From contig NW_013657631.1 of the NCBI RefSeq assembly GCF_000142905.1, positions 146,211 through 210,210 of the forward strand: 64,000 bases of DNA. The letters run 5' to 3'. The notes beneath the pieces are model-generated. The model was not told where the DNA came from and did no database searches. It saw only the letters and a list, made by a program, of their open reading frames with translations. The translations under genes were made by a program, and so were the position numbers. Numbering within the stretch: position 1 is the stretch's first letter; each line of letters starts with the position of its first letter. Shown piece after piece: positions 1-9,430 of the stretch. The DNA is from Thecamonas trahens ATCC 50062 (lineage: Eukaryota > Protista > Apusomonadida).

Positions 1-1497
1 AACCGCCGCAACGGCAACCCCAACTCGGACTCGTTCCCGCCGCTTTCCGGCCAGGACGCGCTCAAGTCCGAGGGTGCTGCCCGCCGCCGTGAGTCGCAGT
101 CGCTCTGGGCCGCCGGCTCGTCGGCCATCCGGCACGACCAGCAGCCCGGACGCGGTCCCGCGCCGCACCAGCACCAGCAGCCGCACCCGGCCCAGCACCA
201 GCAGCCGCACCCGGCCCACGGCGGCTACGGCCGGTCCAACGGCATGCACCCGCAGTACGCTGACGTCGCCGCAGCCACTCCCGAGTCGGCCGTGCAGGCC
301 CAGACCGCAGAAGTCGCGCCGGCGCACACCCAGACGCCCGGCTACGGCGTCGCAGTCCAGCAAGTTCGCCACCGCCGCCGTCCTGACATGGTCCCGCCCG
401 AGGACCAGTTCCAGCGCTACTCTCAGGAGCAGCAGCAAGCTGCGCAGGCCGCGTCGCAGCAGCAGCAGCAGCAGCAGCAGCAGGGGCCCGACGGCCCGGT
501 GCCCGATAGCACCAGCGGCATGATGCCACCGCACGGTGCAGGTATGCACGGCGGCTACCCGCAGCAGCACCACCACCACCCGATGCATGGGGGCCACCCG
601 CAGCACCCCATGCACGGCGGCATGCCTGCCCAGTACCCGCAGGCGGGCATGTATGGCGGCGGCTCCGCTGACTACGGTGGCGGCTACATGGGCGCTGGCT
701 CCTGGCAGCCGCCTGCGGCTGCCGGTTACGACGGCGGCTACATGCCCGACTACGCCCACGGCGGCTACGGCGCACCTGCAGGCCCGCCGCACTCGTACCA
801 GGCCACGTATGATCTGGCGACGTCGGGTCCAACCTCTCTCGGCGCCCCGCCCGACATGTATGGCAGCGGTCATGCCGCGGGCGCGCCCATGTACAGCGCT
901 GCCGGCTACGACATGGGCAGCGCCGCTGGCTACGACCCGGCCGCCGGCTACGACTACTCGCGCTACATGCCGCCGCAGGGCCCGCCCTCGTACCCGCCTG
1001 CCGCTTACGGAGGCTACGACCCGGCCCGCGCCGGCCCAGCAGCCCAGCAGCCCATGCAGCCAACGCCGAATGCCTATGCCCTCCCATACTCGGGCAACAA
1101 CCCCGATTGGTGCGAGGAGTATCAGCAGGGCCAGCCAGGCCCTGCCACAGGCCAGGGCCCGCCCGCCCAGCAGGCCGCCGAGGCCCAACAGGGCCAGGGC
1201 CAGGGCCAGCAGCCCGCCCACGCCCAGCAGAACTACGCCGCGCAGCCGATCTATGCGCCCTACCAGCAGATGCAGGCGGCCCTCGCCCAGTCGGCCGTCG
1301 CCCAGTCGGCCACCCCCGACGTTCGCGGCCTCTGGGGTGGCACCGCCGCCCAGCAAGACTCGCCCGCATCAGGCAACGCCTGGACCGGCGACCGCCCCGG
1401 CTCGGCGGCCTCCGGCCAGCCGCGCCGCGAGACCCCGCCCCCCCAGCATGGCTACACTGGCGAGCAGCGCCCGCTCGGCGGCAGCCGTCGTCGCTAG
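1..1497 (+). CDS. 3' part of a gene encoding a Q/P/G/Y-rich low-complexity (prion-like) C-terminal region; 5'-truncated by the window edge
   Basis: Frame of ORF 244..1497 is open back to base 1; GC3-biased codons; polyQ and GYD/YGG repeats; no recognisable domain. Confidence 0.7.
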   Translation, partial: NRRNGNPNSDSFPPLSGQDALKSEGAARRRESQSLWAAGSSAIRHDQQPGRGPAPHQHQQPHPAQHQQPHPAHGGYGRSNGMHPQYADVAAATPESAVQAQTAEVAPAHTQTPGYGVAVQQVRHRRRPDMVPPEDQFQRYSQEQQQAAQAASQQQQQQQQQGPDGPVPDSTSGMMPPHGAGMHGGYPQQHHHHPMHGGHPQHPMHGGMPAQYPQAGMYGGGSADYGGGYMGAGSWQPPAAAGYDGGYMPDYAHGGYGAPAGPPHSYQATYDLATSGPTSLGAPPDMYGSGHAAGAPMYSAAGYDMGSAAGYDPAAGYDYSRYMPPQGPPSYPPAAYGGYDPARAGPAAQQPMQPTPNAYALPYSGNNPDWCEEYQQGQPGPATGQGPPAQQAAEAQQGQGQGQQPAHAQQNYAAQPIYAPYQQMQAALAQSAVAQSATPDVRGLWGGTAAQQDSPASGNAWTGDRPGSAASGQPRRETPPPQHGYTGEQRPLGGSRRR

Positions 1498-1808
1498 ACC
1501 ATCCAAGCCACACCACCCCCCTCTTCCCCGAGCCTCTGCTCCCCTCGTTCGGTAGAGGGAAGAATAAAAGAAAGAGGCCCGCCATGAGCCGTCACGATGC
1601 CAGACGCCAGCTTCCCGACCGGCATCTAATCGGGATCGGTCGCTCCGCTGCGAGTGGACCGTCTCGGGGCGGTGTCCTGAAAACGAGCGCTCGATTCGTG
1701 GGCTCGCGCTCGATCGCGCCACCGGTGACCAGCGAGCCGGCGGCAGCCACCTGCGGGCGGGCAAGACACACTCGGCTCGTGGTCAGCTTTGTGCAGAGAA
1801 CCCAGACC

Positions 1809-4800
1809 ATGGACCATGCTGAGGTGTACATCCAGCACACAGAGCTTACAACTCCACTGCTGAGCATTCTCCGTGCGGTGCAGCGGTCGCGGGCGGTGCA
1901 TGCCAAGAACGTCCTGGCGGCACTGGAGTTGACGGCTAAATTTGAACATTTGGCGGTGGACGGCGGGGCGGCCGAGGGCCAAGCCGAAGCGAGTGTGCTG
2001 TACGAAGTGCTTGTAGACGTGCTCGGCTCGGTCGTAGCCGTGAAGACCAAGGAGCCTGCCGTGGAGCGGCTGGTTCAGTGGCTCTCGCTCTTCCTCGCCG
2101 AGCTCGGCAACGATGGCCTCGTCCTCGCCATTTTGGCGCGCTTTCTCCCGCTCTCCACAGCCGCCGCCTCGCACGTCCGCCAGCGGGTCACCCACATCGT
2201 GGGCACCCTCATCAACACCCTCACCGAGGAGGCTGAGATCGACGAGGATTTCTGGGCCGAGATCACACAGGCCATGGCCGACAGGCTCATCGACCGCATC
2301 CCGGCCGTCCGCGCTGCCGCCGTCGTCGCCCTCGAGCGCATGCAGATCCTGCCCGAGGACGAGGGCGATGAGTTTGACGCCGATGAGGAGGCCATAGTCC
2401 CCTCGCTCGACACTCCGCTCAAGCGCCGCAAGCACGCCTCAGAGTTTATGGACGCCTCAGGCTTTGACGATCCCATCCTCTCCCGCTTTGTCGCCCTCCT
2501 CCAGGCCGACTCGTCCAAGCACGTCCGCGCCGCCGTCCTCCACAAGCTCGCACTTGCGCCGTCGACGCTCCCGCTTGTCATCGAGCGGACTCGCGATGTT
2601 GACGCCAAGGTCCGCAAGGCTGCCTACGCCGTTCTCGCTGCCAAGGTCGACATGCGTGGGCTCAACATTGCCCAGCGGGTGACGCTCCTCGACTCGGGCC
2701 TTCGCGACCGCGACGACGCCGTCCGCAACGCCGCGCTCTCCATGATGTACACTGGGTGGCTCAAGGAGTGCTTCGAGGGTGATGTGACAGGCTTTCTCGA
2801 CGCCCTCGACGTCATCGAGTACGAGGAGAAGCTGGTGCCGGCTCTTGCGGCGCTCTTTGCCCGTGACGCCACCAACGGTAACCCGGCCGACGTGGTCTTC
2901 AAGCCGCCGTTTGAGATGGAGCAGCTGGCCAAGTTTGGCGACGCTCTTGCCCTTACTCCCGAGACCGCCCTCTACTGGCGTGTTCTTGCCAGCTGGGCGC
3001 TCAACACTCCACGCAAGGCTGCCGGCGCGCTGGCGGCGAGCCACGAGATGCTGCTGCCCTCCATCTCTGACTTTACCTCGCTCATTTGCGGGTACTACAA
3101 TCAAGCGCTCGCCCTCTCGCAGCAGCTCGGCGCACTCGGAGGTGACTCGTCCGGCTCGGATTCGGACGCCGAGGCCGATGACGACGTCCGCGAGGCGCTG
3201 GAAGAGAACTACGAGGCCATGGTCTTTGTGACCAAGCAGCTGCTCATTCTCGGCAAGGAGCTTGACTTTTCCGACGAGGCCGGCCGCCGCATGCTCTCCT
3301 CCTTCCTCCGCCAGCTCTTTGTCGCTACAATCGACCACGACGAGTCACTCTTCGCCGCCTCGCTCCTCGGCCCGGCCGCTCAGCTCCTGTTCACGGTCCA
3401 CAGTGACGAGATCGGCCAGCTGACCGTCGTCACCGGCATTGTCGGCGACCTTATGGAGGCGGTGGAGGAGACCGGCGATCAAGACGCGGTGCTCGAGACC
3501 GAGTTTGAGCTCACACCCGAGCTCAAGGAGAAGGAGCGCAAGCTCAAGCTCACCGTCGCCTCCATCCACGTCAAGTTGCAGGAGGCGGCAGACGCCAAGC
3601 GCGCCGCAGTCAGCTGCGAGGACTTTGACGGCGCCGCCGCCGCCAAGGCCACCATCGACGAGCTGCTTCTTGCCGAGGCCGCCGCCCAGGTTGAGTTTGA
3701 GACTGAGGTCGACAGCGCCAAGGCCAAGTTTGTGCGCTCCAACCGCAAGTCCGCCGACGAGCTCGCCCTCGACACCGAGTCGGCCTACTGCCGCGCCCTC
3801 GCCGTCGTCAACGAGCTCTACCGCGCTACCGAAGCCACCATGGAGTCGCCGCTACTGCGGTCGCTGCAGGACACACTGGTCCTTCCGTCGGTGACCTCCC
3901 CGGTCCCGGCCGTCCGCGCCGCTGCGCTCCGTGCCGCCGCTACCTCGCTCGTCCTCTACCACGATGCCCCAGGCTCGCTGGTCTTCCTCTTTGCCCAAGT
4001 CCTCCGCAACGACATGCCTGCGCTGCAGCGCGTTGCCCTCGAGGCGCTCTGTGACGGCATGCTCAAGTTTGGCGCGCAGCTCGAGTTTATGGACGATGTT
4101 GAGTCGGATGATGAGGCCGACGAGGCTGCGGCCGATGCGAGCGCCGGCGCTGTGGCAGTGATTGACCTCGTCCGCCCCTACCTCGATGAGGAGAGCGTCA
4201 AGCTGCGCGGCGCCGCTGTCCGCGGCTTTGCGCGGCTGCTTCTCTTTGCCCGGATCCCGGCCGACGCCGCCGCAAGCGTTGGCGCCCAAATGGTCGAGCT
4301 GTTCTTCTCGCCGGTCACAGAGACTGACTTTGAAGTCCGGCAGTGCCTCTCGGTCTTCTTCCCGCACTTTGCTGGCTCTGCGGCCGGCAAGGCCGTTCTC
4401 CGTGCCGCCGTTGACGGCGCCATGGCTCGGCTCTTCTCTGCCACCCGCTCGGACCCGGCCAAGTCGATCTCGCTCTACACCGTCCTCCAGTTTGGTCTCT
4501 CGCTGCTGGGCGCTGGCCTTGAGGCCAACTCAGTCCGCGACTTGCACTCGGTTCTTGCCGACGCATGGCTCAACACCGTTCTCGAGTGGCTCTCCTCCAA
4601 GGAGTTTGCTGTCACCAACGTCCGCCGGGCCAAGGCCTGCATCAAGGACCTCGCCCGCGCCATCAACCTGCTCGATGCCCACCCTTCCGCCGAGCTGGCC
4701 ACCCTCGCCGCCACGGTTGTCGAGGAGCTGGCCGACTCGGATTGCAACGTTGCGGCGCGGACAGCAGCCAAGGTAGTTGCGCGACTGACGCCCGAGGTCG

Positions 4801-5033
4801 AGCCTGAGGCCGAGGCCGAGGCCGAGGCCGAAGCCGAAGCCGAGACTGAGGTTCACGATGCTGAGTCCAAGGCCTCGGACCACGGCGACGAGGATGCCCA
4901 GGATGAGGGCAAGGACGACGTCGACGCTGTTGATGCCAAGCGAGCCGAGGTGTCACCTGCCAAGAGCTCGAAGCGGGCCCAGGGCGGAAGGCGGAGCAAG
5001 GGCGACACCGTCCTCGCCGAGATCAACGCCTAG
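1809..5033 (+). CDS. NCAPG: Condensin complex subunit 3 (CAP-G/Ycg1), HEAT-repeat protein
   Basis: Motifs DRIPAVRAAAVVAL, DSSKHVRAAVL, IERTRDVDAKVRKAAY, LDFSDEAGRR, RQCLSVFF; start chosen at ATG 1809 (MDHAE) within ORF 1107..5033. Confidence 0.9.
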   Translation: MDHAEVYIQHTELTTPLLSILRAVQRSRAVHAKNVLAALELTAKFEHLAVDGGAAEGQAEASVLYEVLVDVLGSVVAVKTKEPAVERLVQWLSLFLAELGNDGLVLAILARFLPLSTAAASHVRQRVTHIVGTLINTLTEEAEIDEDFWAEITQAMADRLIDRIPAVRAAAVVALERMQILPEDEGDEFDADEEAIVPSLDTPLKRRKHASEFMDASGFDDPILSRFVALLQADSSKHVRAAVLHKLALAPSTLPLVIERTRDVDAKVRKAAYAVLAAKVDMRGLNIAQRVTLLDSGLRDRDDAVRNAALSMMYTGWLKECFEGDVTGFLDALDVIEYEEKLVPALAALFARDATNGNPADVVFKPPFEMEQLAKFGDALALTPETALYWRVLASWALNTPRKAAGALAASHEMLLPSISDFTSLICGYYNQALALSQQLGALGGDSSGSDSDAEADDDVREALEENYEAMVFVTKQLLILGKELDFSDEAGRRMLSSFLRQLFVATIDHDESLFAASLLGPAAQLLFTVHSDEIGQLTVVTGIVGDLMEAVEETGDQDAVLETEFELTPELKEKERKLKLTVASIHVKLQEAADAKRAAVSCEDFDGAAAAKATIDELLLAEAAAQVEFETEVDSAKAKFVRSNRKSADELALDTESAYCRALAVVNELYRATEATMESPLLRSLQDTLVLPSVTSPVPAVRAAALRAAATSLVLYHDAPGSLVFLFAQVLRNDMPALQRVALEALCDGMLKFGAQLEFMDDVESDDEADEAAADASAGAVAVIDLVRPYLDEESVKLRGAAVRGFARLLLFARIPADAAASVGAQMVELFFSPVTETDFEVRQCLSVFFPHFAGSAAGKAVLRAAVDGAMARLFSATRSDPAKSISLYTVLQFGLSLLGAGLEANSVRDLHSVLADAWLNTVLEWLSSKEFAVTNVRRAKACIKDLARAINLLDAHPSAELATLAATVVEELADSDCNVAARTAAKVVARLTPEVEPEAEAEAEAEAEAETEVHDAESKASDHGDEDAQDEGKDDVDAVDAKRAEVSPAKSSKRAQGGRRSKGDTVLAEINA

Positions 5034-5221
5034 CAAGAGTTTGAGACTCTGCCATGCTATGCTGCTCTCTGGTCTGCCGCCTCAGCAGCCGCCATCACTA
5101 ACACTGTAATCTGGTTCACCTGGTGACTCCCAGCCAATAGCATTGCCGTCAGCCAGCCAGCCAAGGACTACGCCTACCACGGCCTTGGACGACACCTCAC
5201 TCTCGAGCCTCGCCACTCGCC

Positions 5222-7298
5222 ATGCCTGTGGAAGAGGTCGAGTCGACACCGCTTCTGTTTTCCCAGATCCAGCGGACACATGACAGCATCAAGAGCAGTC
5301 ACCATGATCCTGTGGCATCAGGTGGCTTGGTATGTCATCATGGCGGCGGTGGGCGGGAAGTACGGCGGGTGACCGTCACGTGACACCGAGCCGAAGACTA
5401 GGAGGGCGGGGGGGGGGGGGGGGGGGGGGGGATTGTGAGGGGCTGCCATGTGGGATGTGTTGTGATAAAGAAGAGGAAAATTAGATAGAGGTGTGACTCA
5501 TGGAGGTCAGTATGTGTGTGGTGGATATGGGTGGTGTGGGTGGACGTTTGTGTGAGATAGAGCAAGTCACAGATGGCGCTGTACTGCCTGCCATCGTTTG
5601 CCTTTGCGGCTGGCACCAACTTTATGAACCTCTATCAATTCCGATACTACTCGGATACGTACAATGTGCCTCTGCGGAACCTCAATGTTGCCTTTGTTGT
5701 CCTTCAGCTGTTTCTCTTTGTGGGCGATCCACTGCTGGGTTGGTACACTGACACGGCACAGACAAGATTCGGTCGCCGTCGTCCCTTTATCGCCATCTTT
5801 GGCCCGCTCCTCATGCTCATCGTCTTTCTCGGCATGTACCCCATCGTAGACTCGTCCCAGCTCATCCTTACCATCTGGTTCGGTGCTTCGTACATGCTCA
5901 ACAACCTGGTGACTCTGCTGTATCTCTCGCCGTACCAGGCGCTGGGCATCGAGCTGACGCTTGACTCGCGCGAGCGGAACAAGCTCTTTGGCGTGACGCA
6001 GACTCTGTACCAGCTCGGGGTAGTGGTCTCGACCGCGCTGCCGGAGGCGCTCGTCTACTGGGCCTCGTCGCGGCGCGAGGTGTACATGTGGTTCGGCGCC
6101 GGCGCCGGCGTGGTCGGCGTGGCCACCATGCTCACGCTGGTGTTCTCGGTCAAAGAGCGGTCGGACTTTCGGTGGAGACGCCGACGCCGCTGATTCCCGG
6201 GATGATCCGAACGCTGCAGAACCCGGCGTTTGGCACGCTCCTCATCACCATCACCTTTCTCAACTGCCAGCCGTACTACCTGGTCATTCTTCCATACTGG
6301 GTCAAGTACTCGCTCGAGCTGGACTCGTTCTGGCAGGCTGCGATCATGACGACGTATATGACAGGCGCCTTTGTGTTTATTCCATTCTGGACATGGCTGG
6401 CGGCGCGGGTTGGCAAGAAGCGCACGTATTTGCTGTCGATGGGCGTGGCGGTGGTGGCGTTCTCGACGATTGTGCTGGTGCGGTCAGGCGACAAGGTGGC
6501 CGCGGTGTTAGTCTCGTTTTGCGCCGGAGCGTCGGGCCTCTCGCTCAACGCGTACAACTTTCTCTTCCAGTCGCTGCTTGCGGACATCATCGAGTACGAC
6601 GAGCTGCGGACCGGCGTCCGCCGCGAGGCGCAGTACGCCAACATGGTCCAGGTCTTCAACGCGTTGACCTCGGTCATGTCGGTCTCGCTCCCGCTGTTTA
6701 TCATGGACTCGGTCGGCTTCCACGCCAACGAAGACCAGCCGGCCAAGGTCCGGCACACCATCTCAGCGCTGCTTGGTCCGGGCTGCGCCGTATACGTGGC
6801 CCTGGCCGCGCTCTCATTCGTCTTTTACCCCATCACCACACTCGTTCATGAGCGCATCCGCGACGGGCTCGACCTCCACGCCACCGGACAGCCTGCACTC
6901 GACCCAGTGACTGGTGAGATGGTTCTTGCGCCCGGCTCGACAACCTCGGTGGTCGACAGTGACGTCGCATGGTTCCTCGACAACTTTTCCGCTTTGAGCT
7001 CCGCTGGGCCCTCCTCCGCAACTCGAAGCAGGTGCCCAAGCGCGGACTGTTCCGCCTCGTCATGGCCTGGATTGCACTCACCACCGCCACTACTGTTGGC
7101 TCGATCGTCTGGATCCTGCAGAACGTCGACCGCTACATGGAGGTCGGCTCGTTTATCGCCATGGTCTCACTCGCCTGGCTCATCTTTAACCTCTGCCGCA
7201 TTGCTCCGGCGCTCAAATTTGCGCGCGCGCCCATGCCGTGGGCCATCATCCACCACCACGTCGTCAATGGCAACAACTTGGTGGCCAAGAGCATGTAG
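5222..7298 (+). CDS. MFS (GPH/MelB, MFSD2/12-like) sugar or lipid transporter; exon1 5222-5329, intron 5330-5560 or -5572; two frame breaks (~6168, ~6986)
   Basis: DPLLGWYTDTAQTRFGRRRPF, RVGKKRTY and LADIIEYDELRTGVRREAQY are GPH motifs; GTATGT donor in frame with both acceptors; N-terminal ESTPLL dileucine motif. Confidence 0.8.
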
Positions 7299-7332
7299 CC
7301 TGTGACAGCAATTGAAGGCTCTTGCTCGCGGC

Positions 7333-8192
7333 TTACCTGCGGCTCCTGGCCTTGGACTTGGATTTGGCCTTGGACTTTGCCTTGTCTTTGGTGTGGCCGC
7401 GCCATGGCTGATCGGAGAGGCCTGAAATCGGCTCGGAGCTTTCCGAGTTGTCCGAGAACTTGGGAGCTTTGCGGCCCTTAAAGTCGCCGAGGTAGTCTGC
7501 GTTGATGGCCGGCATGGGCGACTCCGAGCCGTCATCGGACGAGCTCGCCTTGCCCTTGCCCTTGTCCTTTCCCTTGCCCTTGCCCTTGCCTTTTCCCTTG
7601 CCCTTGCCCTTGCCCTTGCCCTTTCCCTTGCCCTTTCCCTTGCCCTTGCCCTTGCCCTTTCCCTTGCCCTTTCCCTTGCCCTTGCCCTTGCCCTTGCCCT
7701 TGCCCTTGCCCTTGCCCTTGCCCTTGCCCTTGCTCTTACCCTTGACCTTGCCCTTGGATTGGGGCCGCCGCGGACCAGCCGAGCCATCACTACCGCTCTC
7801 GGACTCGTTGTCGAGTGAAGAGAAGAGCGTGCCAACCCTGGCGTTGAGCGCATCCAGCTGGGCTTGGACCTGAGTGGCGTTATCGTCCAGAGCCGACTCG
7901 AGGGCTTCGACCTGCAGGGCCAGCTCCCACAACTCCTTGCGGATCTCGTTGGACAGATGCTTCGGCGGGCGCGGAAACAGATGGCTTCCCGACGAGTACG
8001 CCAGCGACGAGACGGACGAAGACGATCCAGCCGATGATGATGATGATGCGGCTGACGATGATGATGCGGCTGAAGATGATGCGGCCGACGACGACTTGCG
8101 GCGGCTGGCCTTGGACTTGGCCTTGGACTTGGCCTTGGGCTTGGCCTTGGGCTTGGCCTTGGCCTTGGCCTTGGAAGACTTGTTCTTGCCCA
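7333..8192 (-). CDS. Hypothetical basic low-complexity protein (KA/KG repeats, Ser-rich tract, short coiled coil)
   Basis: ATG of MGKNKSSK within ORF 7333..8373; non-repetitive core [21 protein letters not shown] with coding-like codon use; long (GK)n tract. Confidence 0.6.
7546..7756. repeat. (CCCTTG)n hexamer tandem repeat encoding poly-(Gly-Lys) on the minus strand
   Basis: Directly visible; CCCTTG units with CCCTTT variants. Confidence 0.95.
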
Positions 8193-8489
8193 TGGTTATA
8201 GGTGGTATGGGTAGTTGGGTGGTATGTGCGGAGGTGTGGGGTGGGCTGGGGGGGCGGAGTGGGTGGTTGTGAGAGGGGTGGCTGAGTTGGGTGTCGGTGC
8301 CGGTGTCTGTACGGTCTGGCAGCAGCCACCGGTGACCAGCCACTTGATAGCCGCAGCGGGACAAGTGGGGCAAAAGGGGGGGGGGGGGGGGGGGAGGGGG
8401 TTGACTGTGATGGTGGGAGTTGTGTATATCATGAGCACCGTCACCATTACTATCATATCATACCCATCATCATGCTCATTGTCATCAGT

Positions 8490-8805
8490 ATCATCACATC
8501 ACCATCACCATCACCATCACCACCACCATGCCCACCACCATCACCATCACCATCACCACCACCATGCCCACCACCATCACCATCACCATCACCACCACCA
8601 TGCCCACCACCATCACCATCACCATGCCCATCACCATCACCACCCCCACCCCCACCCCCACCATCACCATGCCCACCACCACCACCATGCCCATCACCAT
8701 GCCCATCACCACCATCACCATGCCCATCACCATGCCCATCACCATCACCACCCCCACCCCCACCCCCACCATCACCATGCCCATCACCATGCCCATCACC
8801 ATCCC
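8490..8805. repeat. Compound CAC/CAT (CACCAT, CATGCC) triplet-based tandem repeat
   Basis: Directly visible; higher-order units such as CACCACCATGCCCACCACCATCACCATCACCAT. Confidence 0.9.
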
Positions 8806-9268
8806 CCCTCCCCCTCATCCGCCAATCACGGCTGACAGCCCTCGCTGAGTCACACCCCACTCAGACACCTGCCCCCTTGCCACCCTCCCTGAAAACACTT
8901 TGAAGGGAGTGATGGAGGCTTCGATCCGCCCCTCCCTCTGTCGTAGTTCAGGGCAGTTGGGCCTGAGTGTGCAGATCGCACTGTACCCACAGCTCATTTC
9001 AAGTCCCCCCGTAATAACCCCTACAACCTGCAAGCCGCTTGAAACCTAAGCGGACTTAACAATTGATCCTTCTTGAGACAATCCATTGAGAGCCTCTGGC
9101 CGAATGCACACGCTAGACACGAGACCACGGTCCCGCGGCAGAAGAGAGATGGCGAGATCCCTCCTCGCGCGGGTGCATTTCCTCACCCCCGTCGCTACAA
9201 CCCACACCCAACGCGCTGCCGCCTCCGCGATCGCCTCACGCCGCGGACGACAACTGACAATAAAGGAC

Positions 9269-9368
9269 NNNNNNNNNNNNNNNNNNNNNNNNNNNNNNNN
9301 NNNNNNNNNNNNNNNNNNNNNNNNNNNNNNNNNNNNNNNNNNNNNNNNNNNNNNNNNNNNNNNNNNNN
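9269..9368. other. Assembly gap (100 N)
   Basis: Run of n. Confidence 1.
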
Positions 9369-9430
9369 GCCCTCCGTGCTCGACGTCACACCCACCTCCC
9401 CCCCCCCCCCACCCCCACCCCCACCAACCC

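Noticed and set aside
62-1585. Long antisense or alternate-frame ORFs (e.g. 62..1585 -, 30319..32130 -, 20467..21828 +, 52248..53486 +)
   Set aside because: Shadow ORFs expected from high GC3; Arg/Ala/Pro-rich with no motifs; overlap well-supported genes
6160-7000. Tiny introns as the explanation of the frame breaks
   Set aside because: No GT..AG pairs of suitable phase at the breaks examined, and conserved residues are contiguous on both sides (e.g. PDF-FL, F-GHG)
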